A stretch of 64,000 nucleotides of DNA from Candidatus Cloacimonadales bacterium (GCA_963665815.1 OY762463.1:608001-672000); one strand, 5' to 3'; shown: positions 1 to 10,013, counted from the stretch's first letter. A program made the numbers and translations. Notes: generated by a model from the sequence alone, not told the origin.

Positions 1-81
1 CATGATCGTATGAAATGTTAATCTGGCAATTCTTGTCTATAAAAATTTTTAGGGTGTATATAACTTGATTCCTGACTCTGA

Positions 82-669
82 CTATATCTTTGTTTTTATT
101 TCATTTAAGAGACTCTTCTGCTCTGCTCCAAGTAAATTCAGTTTATGTATAGCATTTAAAACACTGTCCAGTTCCTGATGTCTGATAATCAAAGTCCTGA
201 GCCAGATGTCGTTTATGACAAGATTTGCGATTTCAACAGCAGCATCTTCTACTGAGTAGTATGACTCTTTCTTGTATATGTCATAACGTTTGAGCTTTGA
301 TTGTCCCGGTATAACATTCTGTATAAAATCTTCATAGGTGATAATTTCATCGGATGAAGCTTGAAATGGAATTCTGAAACACTTACAGATCAGCAGAAGC
401 TCCTGAATATAGATGGGAAACCTGGCTTTATAGATAGTAGCCCATTGATGAAGTCCATATTTATTGGAACGCAGTATGACTCTGATTTCTATTGTCTGGT
501 CAGTAATCTTATCACTGATCTGCACATACTCACTGTCCGACTCAGAAAGTAGATAGCAAATATTGAAACTCTTTGTTTTAAGTTCTTTATAAGGCATCAG
601 ATTAACCAGTGCCTGTTTATCAGTATCCAGTATCGTACACCATTCCCATTCAGGTCTTTTGTGTTGCAT
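82..669 (-). CDS. Hypothetical protein (195 aa)
   Basis: Open frame with a GGAGG RBS just upstream of the ATG (cctcc at ~674-678 on +); no recognisable motif. Confidence 0.6.
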   Translation of the reverse strand: MQHKRPEWEWCTILDTDKQALVNLMPYKELKTKSFNICYLLSESDSEYVQISDKITDQTIEIRVILRSNKYGLHQWATIYKARFPIYIQELLLICKCFRIPFQASSDEIITYEDFIQNVIPGQSKLKRYDIYKKESYYSVEDAAVEIANLVINDIWLRTLIIRHQELDSVLNAIHKLNLLGAEQKSLLNEIKTKI

Positions 670-1156
670 AAATCCTCCGGTATCTTATAACATAATATAA
701 GTAAATGTTTTAGAATAATAAAGGAATTATTAAGAATGTGTTATTGGATGACAGACTAAGTAAAAATTGCAAGTTAGCTTAAAGGTAGTATAAATTTATG
801 TCGTAGGTTTTCCGATTCTTCTGATCTCAGTTTACTTAACCTACAGATAAAGAAAGGTTTGAGAGCTCCCGAGTTTGGATATTAAAAGGCTCAAATACTT
901 CATGGAAATCCAAAATAATAGTCTTAAAGTAATAAATAATCTAGGAGGTTCAATTCAGTAATCCTATTCTTTAAACCATACAATGACACTCAATTACTCC
1001 TAGTAGTAAGAATTTATAAATCAATAAGGTTAGCCCCTTCTATTTCATCCTCTTTCTCACTAACTCTGACACTGCTAAGAACAGTACGCCCATATTAATT
1101 GACAATTTGACTACACTGTCAATACTTGAATCAAATTAAATCAAAGGAAAAATACT

Positions 1157-2995
1157 ATGTGTGGAATAGTTGGATATATTGGTTACAGAAACTCTGTACC
1201 GCTCATTATAGAAGGAATTAAAAGACTGGAATATAGAGGTTACGACAGCTCGGGAACTGCTGTTATCAACGATAACAAAGAACTGCAATTCGTAAAACGT
1301 AAAGGTAAAATCATTGAGCTTGAAAGGGCGTTACCTGCCCCAAGCAAGTTTTCAGGAACTATTGGCATTGCTCATACACGCTGGGCAACTCACGGAGAAC
1401 CGAACGAAGTCAACTCTCACCCGCATTTCAACAAAGAAAATACTATTGCTCTAGTCCATAATGGTATCATAGAAAACTATGAAGCCATTAAGAAGAGACT
1501 GGAAAAAGAAGGATACTCCTTTGTTTCCGAAACAGACTCTGAGGTTCTTGTTCAGCTTATAGATTATTTCTACAAAAAAGATAATGATATGAAGTCTGCC
1601 GTACAAACCGCCTGCAGAATGGTAGAAGGTACATTCGGGATTGCGGTGATAAACTCTGATACACCGGATTATATTTATGCGGCCAGAAAAGGTTCCCCTC
1701 TTATTCTCGGAATTGGCAATAACGAGTATTTCATTACATCAGACGTTAATGCTACGATTGTACATACAAACAAAGTCATATACATCAACGACAACGAAAT
1801 GGTTACAATTAACAGAAAGAGTTATGAGATTACAACTTTGGAGAATGAAGCTGTAAAAGCAAAGATCTCTGAGATTGACTGGGACATATCTTCTATAGAA
1901 AAAGGTGATTATAAGCACTTTATGCTGAAGGAAATATTCGAGCAACCTGTTTCTGTATCAAATGCCTATAGAGGAAGGCTTATTGAAAAGCTTTCTACAA
2001 CAAAGCTTGGCGGACTGGCAATGTCAAATGAACAGTTACGTAAAGTCAAGAAAGTGCAGATTATTGCCTGCGGAACTTCATGGCATGCCGGAATGATTGG
2101 AAAATATCTAATAGAGATGCTGGCAAGAATCCCTGTAGAAGTTGAATATGCAGGAGAATACCGTTATAGAAACCCCATTATCCCTGAAGACACAATTGTC
2201 TTTGTAATCAGTCAATCCGGCGAAACAGCAGACACTCTTGCTGCATTGCGGGAAGCTCAGGCACGTGGAGCTAAGGTTCTGGGTATCACTAACACAATAG
2301 GCTCTACAATTGCCCGTGAATCAGATGGCGGTGTCTACATTCATGCCGGAACAGAAATCGGGGTGGCTTCAACCAAAGCTTTCACCTCTCAAGTGACAGT
2401 GTTATCTTTGTTCGCTGTTCTGATGGGGAGAATGAGAAACCTTTCTCCTACATATGGTTCTGAATTTATCAAGGAAATAAAGAACATTCCTTCTAAAATA
2501 AAGCAGATTCTCGCACTCAATGATGAAATCAGAGACTTTGCCCGATCTATCAAAGACTCTACGAATGCATTGTTTCTGGGCAGAGGATTGCACTATCCTG
2601 TTGCCCTGGAAGGAGCTTTGAAACTTAAGGAAATCTCGTATATACATGCAGAAGGTTATCCGGCGGCAGAGATGAAACACGGTCCTATTGCTCTAATTGA
2701 TGAAAACATGCCAGTTGTAGCAATTGCTATGAATGATGCAATATACGATAAGGTGATATCCAATCTGCAGGAAGTTAAAGCAAGAAAAGGTCGTATCTTT
2801 GCAATAGCGACTGAAGGAGACACTCAGATTGCTGAACTTGCTGAAAAGGTTATCTATATCCCTGATACAAAATATGCACTGCAGCCGTTACTATCTGTTA
2901 TTCCACTCCAGATGTTGTCATATCATGTAGCAGATCTGAAAGAGCTGGATGTTGATCAACCTAGAAATCTTGCTAAAAGCGTTACAGTTGAATAG
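1157..2995 (+). CDS. glmS: Glutamine--fructose-6-phosphate transaminase (isomerizing)
   Basis: N-terminal MCGIVG (Ntn catalytic Cys), LEYRGYDS, HTRWATHG, SQSGETADT, GALKLKE, C-terminal PRNLAKSVTVE. Confidence 0.99.
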   Translation: MCGIVGYIGYRNSVPLIIEGIKRLEYRGYDSSGTAVINDNKELQFVKRKGKIIELERALPAPSKFSGTIGIAHTRWATHGEPNEVNSHPHFNKENTIALVHNGIIENYEAIKKRLEKEGYSFVSETDSEVLVQLIDYFYKKDNDMKSAVQTACRMVEGTFGIAVINSDTPDYIYAARKGSPLILGIGNNEYFITSDVNATIVHTNKVIYINDNEMVTINRKSYEITTLENEAVKAKISEIDWDISSIEKGDYKHFMLKEIFEQPVSVSNAYRGRLIEKLSTTKLGGLAMSNEQLRKVKKVQIIACGTSWHAGMIGKYLIEMLARIPVEVEYAGEYRYRNPIIPEDTIVFVISQSGETADTLAALREAQARGAKVLGITNTIGSTIARESDGGVYIHAGTEIGVASTKAFTSQVTVLSLFAVLMGRMRNLSPTYGSEFIKEIKNIPSKIKQILALNDEIRDFARSIKDSTNALFLGRGLHYPVALEGALKLKEISYIHAEGYPAAEMKHGPIALIDENMPVVAIAMNDAIYDKVISNLQEVKARKGRIFAIATEGDTQIAELAEKVIYIPDTKYALQPLLSVIPLQMLSYHVADLKELDVDQPRNLAKSVTVE

Positions 2996-2997
2996 AA

Positions 2998-3669
2998 ATG
3001 ATTAACTTTGCTGATTACTCTCAGTATTTTCAGTATGAATACGGAGATGTTGTTTATGATTCTGAGAACTTAAAGATTTTTGTTTCGAAGAACAGATCTC
3101 ATGTAAATCCGCATGGAGTATCATTTCCTTGCATCTTCTATGAAGATAATGGTATACTGTATCTTTCAGTATCTCCAAATGTATTTGGCAAAATAGAGAA
3201 TATGACATTCCCAGTAGATAAGTTGTCAAATAATCCTGTTAATTCCCTGGAGAATCTCTTTCCCAAAGACGTGAAATGGCTGAGAATAAACAGATATATT
3301 TCTAATTATGATTCTATAATAGATAATGTAGATGTGACTAAATACTTTAACAATAAAGATATAATTGTACGTATAGAAAGTAATACTACAATACTCATGA
3401 ATTCAGATAACGATATGATTGGAAAAGCATTTATTACTCGTGACTCCAAAGAATGGAGCGAAATTTCTATAAGAATCAGCAAAGAGTATCGTAATAACTC
3501 TCTTGGCTATTTTCTGGCAAAGTATATGCTTCTTAAAATTACTGAATCAGGTAAAAATATTATATATGTATGCGAGTCGGCAAATATTCCTTTCGTAAGA
3601 ATAGCTGAAAAACTAGGACTATCCTTAGTTTCTGAAGAAAAAATTGCATATCTTAAACATCAACCATAG
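2998..3669 (+). CDS. GNAT-family N-acetyltransferase-like protein
   Basis: C-terminal GNAT-like segments 'EISIRISKEYRNNSLGYFLA' and 'N..FVRIAEKLG'; starts 2 bp after glmS stop. Confidence 0.6.
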   Translation: MINFADYSQYFQYEYGDVVYDSENLKIFVSKNRSHVNPHGVSFPCIFYEDNGILYLSVSPNVFGKIENMTFPVDKLSNNPVNSLENLFPKDVKWLRINRYISNYDSIIDNVDVTKYFNNKDIIVRIESNTTILMNSDNDMIGKAFITRDSKEWSEISIRISKEYRNNSLGYFLAKYMLLKITESGKNIIYVCESANIPFVRIAEKLGLSLVSEEKIAYLKHQP

Positions 3670-3686
3670 CAAACACTGGAGCTTTC

Positions 3687-6062
3687 ATGAGCATTAAAAC
3701 CATATACCTCCTTCCCCACTCTCACACGGATATTGGCTACACTGAATATCAGAAGAAGATTGAGCTGTGGCAGATTGATTTTATCAGACAAGTATTGAGA
3801 ATACAGGATAGTCCTGAATATGCTTCTTTTAAGTGGAATTGCGAAAGTTTCTGGGTGGTTGAAAAATTTCTGAGATCAGCTTCTCCTGATGAGAAATTAT
3901 CGTTTGTAAATGCTGTCAGAGAAGAAAAAATTGGAGTTTCAGCCAGTTATCTTAATTTCTCAGAGATACTTGACTTCGACTTGCTTAAATCTTTGACAAA
4001 ACGTTCTGTTGACTGGGGTAAGTCAAATGGAATAAATATTGATACAGCCATGACAGCTGATATAAACGGTTATGGTTGGGGATTTGCCAGAGTATTATCG
4101 GAACTTGGTGTCAAAAATCTGTTTTCATGCGTACATACTCACCATGGGATGTTTCCTGCTTTTGCCAAGCAGCGACCATTCTGGTGGGAAGAGTCTAATA
4201 AAGACAGAATTCTGGTATGGAACGGAGAACATTATCACTTTGGTAACGAATTCGGAATTGCTCCTGATGCAGGTGCATGTTATCTGATAAAAGACGAATT
4301 TGATCTGGACCATATCTTCCATAAACTGGATGTTGTGATGAAAACCAGAATTCCACGCTATATAGAAAATCTTGAGAAAGAAGGCTATCCATTCGATTTC
4401 GCTCCTGTAATGATATCCGGATTACGTACAGATAATTCACCTCCGGGAAAAGAAATAGTTAAAGCGATTTCGGTATGGAATGCAAAAAATGATGTTAAAT
4501 TAGAGTTGATTACATTGTCTGACTTTTTCAGCAAAGTTGATAGAGAAAGTACAGATATTCCTGTGTATCATGGAGACTGGCCCGATTGGTGGACAGATGG
4601 AGCTGCAAGTAAGCCTGCCGAACTCAAGCTTTATAAATCTACTCAACGCAAAAGAAACCTCATGAAGAAAATCTATGGAGCAAAATCATTGAAAATAGTT
4701 GATGAGAAACTCGGACTCTATGCAGAGCATACTTACGGTCATTCTGATTCTGTGTCGCAACCCTGGAATGAAGAAGTAAGTCTTATTTCAACACGCAAGA
4801 ATGCATATATAACAGAGGCTATAGATATTCTGGATGAAATGCAATACAAATATGAACTGGAGCACGGAGGCAGTGCTTTACAATATGAAAGAACACTCAA
4901 ATACATGATATGTAATCTGTCATCTGAATCGGTAAATGATCTGGTATATTTAAAAGTCAATCACTTTGAAATCAATGAGTTGTACCTGAATGAAGGTGCC
5001 GACATTATTGATTGTGAATCAGGAGAAAAGCTAAACTACTCCAAAGAGGGAACTCCCGGAGGAGTACACTTTGTTGTTAAGATGGAGCTTGCAGGTAAAT
5101 CAGAACGAATGCTGGAGATAATTCCTGTAAAAAAAGACAGATTTGTCACAGTGAACAGCTATTCTCTTAAAGGCTCAGATGGCATAGATGACATTGTCCT
5201 TGAATCGAAACTGATAAGCAATTCTTACAGCAATGATAGAGTAAAGATATTCTGGTCATTTCCTGGAGGTATAACATCCATTCTTGATACAGATAATGAT
5301 ATTGAGCTTATCAATCAGGAGAATGATCATCCCCTGTTTACCCCTGTTTATGACGTTACTCCAGTAAAAGATATAAATCAAATGTGTTCAGTACGAAGCG
5401 CAATGGGCAGAAACCGTAAAGGTAAGAATTTTCAACAGCATTCAGGAAAGCTTAATTCTGTAGACTTAACATTCACATCTGACCTCTATGACAAACTTCA
5501 GTTTGATTATGAGATAGAAGGAGCACGCTTCTACAGAATGATTCTCACTGTTCATAATTATGAAGGTAGGATTGACGTAAATGTTATCATGCATAAAGAC
5601 TCCATCTGGGAACCGGAAAATATGTATTTGTCTATTCCATTACAGGTTAGTAATTCGGAAATATTTTTATGTAAAGCCGGTGAATTTGTGCAACCATTGA
5701 AAGATCAGCTTCCGGGAACTTGTATTGACTATTACAGTGTTGAACATGGGATTTTATTTAGTTCTGATTCTTATGGAATCGGTCTACGTACTCCTGACAC
5801 TTCATTATTACAGCTTGGTGATCTCAGACACAAAAGTAGAATACTCTTTAATGGAGAAGACAAATACTATGGTAAACGTCTCCCCTATATCTGGCTAATG
5901 ACCAACTACTGGGAAACAAACTTTGCCGCAGAACTCGGAGGTTTCCACAAGTTTAACTTCAATCTGCTTTTTGGGAAAGATTATACTGATAATGAAGTTT
6001 CAAGACAAAGAATGAAAGGTTTATCCGAATCACTCATTGTTGTAAGGCAAAAAACTGATTAA
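3687..6062 (+). CDS. Glycoside hydrolase with GH38-like N-terminal domain
   Basis: 'IYLLPHSHTDIGYT' metal-binding motif, 'MTADING', 'GDWPDWWTDG', C-terminal 'MTNYWETNF' typical of this group. Confidence 0.8.
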   Translation: MSIKTIYLLPHSHTDIGYTEYQKKIELWQIDFIRQVLRIQDSPEYASFKWNCESFWVVEKFLRSASPDEKLSFVNAVREEKIGVSASYLNFSEILDFDLLKSLTKRSVDWGKSNGINIDTAMTADINGYGWGFARVLSELGVKNLFSCVHTHHGMFPAFAKQRPFWWEESNKDRILVWNGEHYHFGNEFGIAPDAGACYLIKDEFDLDHIFHKLDVVMKTRIPRYIENLEKEGYPFDFAPVMISGLRTDNSPPGKEIVKAISVWNAKNDVKLELITLSDFFSKVDRESTDIPVYHGDWPDWWTDGAASKPAELKLYKSTQRKRNLMKKIYGAKSLKIVDEKLGLYAEHTYGHSDSVSQPWNEEVSLISTRKNAYITEAIDILDEMQYKYELEHGGSALQYERTLKYMICNLSSESVNDLVYLKVNHFEINELYLNEGADIIDCESGEKLNYSKEGTPGGVHFVVKMELAGKSERMLEIIPVKKDRFVTVNSYSLKGSDGIDDIVLESKLISNSYSNDRVKIFWSFPGGITSILDTDNDIELINQENDHPLFTPVYDVTPVKDINQMCSVRSAMGRNRKGKNFQQHSGKLNSVDLTFTSDLYDKLQFDYEIEGARFYRMILTVHNYEGRIDVNVIMHKDSIWEPENMYLSIPLQVSNSEIFLCKAGEFVQPLKDQLPGTCIDYYSVEHGILFSSDSYGIGLRTPDTSLLQLGDLRHKSRILFNGEDKYYGKRLPYIWLMTNYWETNFAAELGGFHKFNFNLLFGKDYTDNEVSRQRMKGLSESLIVVRQKTD

Positions 6063-6094
6063 AAAAGTCAGGCTCATGGAGTAAGCCTGACTTT
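6061..6094. terminator. Bidirectional intrinsic terminator
   Basis: 11-bp stem aaagtcaggct/agcctgacttt between convergent genes. Confidence 0.85.
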
Positions 6095-6139
6095 CGGGTG
6101 TATTATGTTAGAAATAAAGTAACGTTTATATCTGATTAG

Positions 6140-7417
6140 CTATTTCATCATAATAAGTTTTTTAGTTGCTGATCCTTCACTTGTGATAATTCTGGCAAAG
6201 TACACACCGGAAGCTGAATTGCCACCATTATCATCTTTACCGTTCCATTTTACACTGTGATTACCTGAAGTGAAATGTCTGTCTGCAAGAGTTCTTACTT
6301 TCTGACCTCTGATGTTGTATATTGAGATGTTTACGTTTGATTCATTTTTAAGGTTAAAAGCCAGATTGGTTTCCGGATTAAATGGATTAGGGTATACACT
6401 GAGTTCAATGTTAAAATGAACAACTTCATTCTGTTCGTTTGCAACAGGCATCGGATTATGGTAAACAATATCTGTTACACCAACGCCAACCGTGAAAGTC
6501 AAAGTCTGATTAAATGCGTTATTAATATCATATACGTAAATATGAGAGTTCTGGATATAATCTACAGCATCTGCTGAAACAAGCAGGTTGTCATGACCTG
6601 TAATTACGTTTCCACCGGAGAAAGAACCTGTTGCAGAACTCAGATCAGACATATTGAATGCGAAAACATCTGCAGGGTAAGAATTACCGAGGAAGAGATA
6701 GTTGTCTGTCAAGTAGATTGAACCCGGGGCATTCTGACAATCGAAAGTCTGTTCCAGAGAATCTGAGGATGCATTGTAAATGTCCACTTTACCTGTTTCA
6801 GTATCGAAGTTTCCTGTGCAGACAACATAGTATTTATCATTTCTGAAAACTACATTTCGCGGATTAGTTGAGCAGTTGATGATTGAGTCTGATGTGAAAT
6901 CATTCAGGTTGATTTTATAAACTTCACCCTGTCCATAACTCCAGTCACCAGGATTGAAACCTGTGCAGGCGACATACAGGTAGTTATTATAGATAGCCAT
7001 TCCTTCCGGTGCTCTACCAACGTTAACTGTACCGAGAATTGTACCGTTCTGCAGATCGACTTTGTATACTTTATCCAGGTCGTTACTGTTAACATAGGCT
7101 GTATCACCATCGATCACGAAGTAGTTAGGACTTGAGCTATCTTCCATATAGATGTAACAGGTGTTTGACGGATTATCCAGATCGATTTTCTGAAGAGCGT
7201 TTTCGTAAGTTATTACAACAATAGCATAGTTGTTCCAGATTCGAACGATGTTTGGAGCTGATTCCTGTCCCTGCCCCAGCATGGCAAAAGCATTGTTGAC
7301 CTGACTGGTAGCAGCATCATATTTACTGAGTGTTTCGGACTCGGAGTTAACAACATAATAATCGGCAAATAATAATGATGTGATAAAAAGTATTGTTAAG
7401 AGAATTCTGATTCGCAT
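6140..7417 (-). CDS. Secreted YncE/BtuG-like beta-propeller with T9SS-type (FlgD-Ig) C-terminal domain; probable cobalamin-related surface protein
   Basis: Signal peptide; repeated propeller blades ('VNVGRAPEGMAIYNNYLYVAC'); C-terminal YPNPFNPET...IYNIRGQKV...SGVYF...KKLIMMK; directly downstream of a cobalamin riboswitch. Confidence 0.8.
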   Translation of the reverse strand: MRIRILLTILFITSLLFADYYVVNSESETLSKYDAATSQVNNAFAMLGQGQESAPNIVRIWNNYAIVVITYENALQKIDLDNPSNTCYIYMEDSSSPNYFVIDGDTAYVNSNDLDKVYKVDLQNGTILGTVNVGRAPEGMAIYNNYLYVACTGFNPGDWSYGQGEVYKINLNDFTSDSIINCSTNPRNVVFRNDKYYVVCTGNFDTETGKVDIYNASSDSLEQTFDCQNAPGSIYLTDNYLFLGNSYPADVFAFNMSDLSSATGSFSGGNVITGHDNLLVSADAVDYIQNSHIYVYDINNAFNQTLTFTVGVGVTDIVYHNPMPVANEQNEVVHFNIELSVYPNPFNPETNLAFNLKNESNVNISIYNIRGQKVRTLADRHFTSGNHSVKWNGKDDNGGNSASGVYFARIITSEGSATKKLIMMK

Positions 7418-7489
7418 ATTAAATCTCCTTATGCAGGAGAAAGGCCAAATAGTTGTGCCTATCTGACTTTCCCACCGAAAGTATTATAG

Positions 7490-7660
7490 ATTTGCACTGG
7501 CATGTTTCCTGACTCGAAAGGATTACCTCGATCTAACCTTCCCATTCTTGCGAACAGTGGAATTCAGATCTCGCCTTTCTTACAGTAGCGGGGGCTGTTA
7601 CGGCTTTTCACCGTATTCCATCTTAGCACTTCAGAACGAAGTGAACCAACACATATATGT
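7490..7660 (-). ncRNA. Cobalamin (B12) riboswitch
   Basis: Minus strand reads GGTTC...AAGATGGAATACGGTGAAAAGCCGTAACAGCCCCCGCTACTGTAA...CCACTG...GGGAAGG...GAGTCAGGAAACATGCC (B12 box). A downstream hairpin TCTCCT/AGGAGA (7424-7440) sequesters the RBS. Confidence 0.93.
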
Positions 7661-7702
7661 ACAGAAATTTTAATACTGGTTGATGCGTCAAGCAAATTGT
7701 AA

Positions 7703-8612
7703 AATGAAAAATGCATTACGAAAGGTTGAAAACCTTTGGGAAGCTTTGCATAATATCAAAATCGGTTAGCTTTTGCGAAATAAATTCGATGAGATTTTAG
7801 AATATATTAAGAAAACCATATTGTCCTGAAATGTTTTTAATTCTAAAATCGAATCAACTACTCCCAATAATGAAAAATGCATTACGAAAGGTTGAAAACC
7901 TTTGGGAAGCTTTGCATAATATCAAAATCGGTTAGCTTTTGCGAAATAAATTCGATGAGATTTTAGAATATATTAAGAAAACCATATTGTCCTGAAATCT
8001 GATTAATTCTAAAATCGAGTCAACTACTCCCAATAATGAAAAATGCATTACGAAAGGTTGAAAACCTTTAGAAAGCTTTGCATAATATCAAAATCGGTTA
8101 GCTTTTGCAAAATAAATTCGATGAGATTTTAGAATATATTAAGAAAACCATATTGTCCTGAAATGTGATTAATTCTAAAATCGAGTCAACTACTCCCAAT
8201 AATGAAAAATGCATTACGAAAGGTTGAAAACCTTTAGAAAGCTTTGTATAATATCAAAATCGGTTAGCTTTTGCGAAATAAATTCGATGAGATTTTAGAA
8301 TATATTAAGAAAACCATATTGTCCTGAAATGTGATTAATTCTAAAATTGAGTCAACTACTCCCAATAATGAAAAATGCATTACGAAAGGTTGAAAACCTT
8401 TGGAGAGCTTTGCATAATGACAAAACATGTAGCTTTTGCAAAATAAATTCGATGAGATTTTAGAATATATTAAGAAAACCATATTGTCCTGAAATGTGAT
8501 TAATTCTAAAATCGAGTCAACTACTCCCAATAATGAAAAATGCATTACGAAAGGTTGAAAACCTTTAGAAAGCTTTGTATAATATCAAAAATAGGTTAGC
8601 TTTTGCGAAAAA
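7703..8612. repeat. Tandem array: five full 165-166-bp units plus one partial
   Basis: Unit start AATGAAAAATGCATTACGAAAGG at 7703, 7869, 8035, 8201, 8367 and 8532; copies differ by a few substitutions. Confidence 0.98.
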
Positions 8613-8727
8613 AATTGATCCTGATAATTCTTACAATCAACATCGTCTATTTAAACAAAAATTACTTCTTTTAAATTTTCTTGCAGTAATCATGGGAACA
8701 ACAATATTTTGTTTTAAGGAGTAATGA

Positions 8728-9426
8728 ATGATATCCAAAGAAATGATCACAGTTCCAGCCTCTATAGAAGAAAAATGGCAGGAGATTATTGATTTAATGG
8801 CGAAAATAATCGGTGTTCCATCCGGTTTAATAATGAGGATCAATGGCAGCAACATTGAAGTCTTCATTGCCAGTCAAACACAAAATAACCCCTATAAACC
8901 CGGAGATCGTGAATATCTGCCAAATTCCGGTTTATATTGTGAAACTGTTATAAACACATCTGATAAATTGATTGTACCAAATGCCTTGAATGATCCTGAC
9001 TGGTGTAGCAATCCGGATGTAAAACTGAACATGATTTCCTATATGGGATTTCCAATTCTGCTTCCGGATAATACTCCATTTGGCACAATATGCGTTCTTG
9101 ATAACAAGGAGAATAAATATTCAGAATTGTTTTCTGATTTAGTTGAAAAGTTCCGGAATATTATTAACAGAGATATTGAACTACTTTACTTAAACCAGGA
9201 ACTTGGGCTGAAGAACAAGCAATTGACTGACATTATAAGCGAAATTAAAACTCTCAAAGGATTGATTCCGATTTGCTCCTGGTGCAGAAAAGTCAGAGAT
9301 GATGATGGTTTCTGGAAAAGTGTTGAAACATATCTTGAAGAACATTCGGCAGCAGAATTTACACATGGAATCTGCGAGGAATGCAAGAAGAAACTGTTTG
9401 ATTCACCGATAAAAAGTAATACATAA
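8728..9426 (+). CDS. GAF-domain protein with C-terminal CxxC...HGICxxC module
   Basis: GAF ('GLYCETVI...ISYMGFPILLPDNTPFGTICVLD'), coiled coil, then 'LIPICSWCRKVRDDDGFW...FTHGICEEC'. Confidence 0.85.
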   Translation: MISKEMITVPASIEEKWQEIIDLMAKIIGVPSGLIMRINGSNIEVFIASQTQNNPYKPGDREYLPNSGLYCETVINTSDKLIVPNALNDPDWCSNPDVKLNMISYMGFPILLPDNTPFGTICVLDNKENKYSELFSDLVEKFRNIINRDIELLYLNQELGLKNKQLTDIISEIKTLKGLIPICSWCRKVRDDDGFWKSVETYLEEHSAAEFTHGICEECKKKLFDSPIKSNT

Positions 9427-9464
9427 TTTTTAACATCAATGCTAATTATCCAAAAGATGAAGTG

Positions 9465-9787
9465 ACTACCATATACTACTTTAATGCTGGATATAATTTT
9501 CCTCAAAGTTCCAGAGTATCCACTTTATCATCCTTGGCAGAGGCAAGACAACGAGGGATGATGCCGTTATTCAAGCTCTGGACAAAGGATTTCTGCGACA
9601 TGCCACTCTCGATGTTGTTGAAAATGAGCAATTGGCTTCATCTTCCCCACTCTGGGACAGGCCTGATGTGACTATTACTCCCCACCAGGCAGCCCTGACG
9701 GAACTTGATGATGTGATCAAGTCATTCAACAAAGTCCTGAATGGCAAGGCAAAAGAGCTTGAGGTTGATATTAAGAGAGGGTATTAA
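9465..9787 (+). pseudogene. 5'-truncated, frameshifted D-2-hydroxyacid dehydrogenase (GhrA-like) remnant
   Basis: Frame ending at TAA 9785-9787 reads FIILGRGKTTRDDAVIQALDKGFLRHATLDVVENEQLASSSPLWDRPDVTITPHQAA...VDIKRGY*; no in-frame start or N-terminal domain. Confidence 0.8.
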
Positions 9788-9824
9788 GTTGTGTCATAAA
9801 GAGTACTGTGCATAGAAACTGCTC

Positions 9825-10013
9825 ACAGACTGTGTAAAAACGGTTTGTGATAGAAAATTAATACTTATTTTTATAGCAGATTTTCCCGATTATTCGGGAC
9901 TCAATCAGCTTAAATTACTGATAAATTTAGGGATGAAAGATCCCTGAGCGGAGTCGAAGGAATTAGTTTTTGAGTGAATGAAGCGACAAAAACTATGTTT
10001 TTACACACACTGT
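9825..10013. mobile_element. MITE-like element with 17-bp imperfect terminal inverted repeats
   Basis: ACAGACTGTGTAAAAAC ... GTTTTTACACACACTGT (15/17 match); non-coding interior with several hairpins and a REP-like TCCCTGAGCGGAGTCGAAGG motif (9941-9960). Confidence 0.7.

Noticed and set aside
670-1156. glmS ribozyme upstream of glmS
   Set aside because: The conserved core (AGCGCC...GACGAGG) is not present
8264-8545. 93-aa ORF with an internal repeat
   Set aside because: By-product of the non-coding array; it stays open only because one unit is 165 bp
7703-8612. CRISPR array
   Set aside because: Units are near-identical over their whole length, with no unique spacers and no cas genes in the window
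9462-9671. 69-aa ORF as a real gene
   Set aside because: It overlaps, out of frame, a clear dehydrogenase remnant
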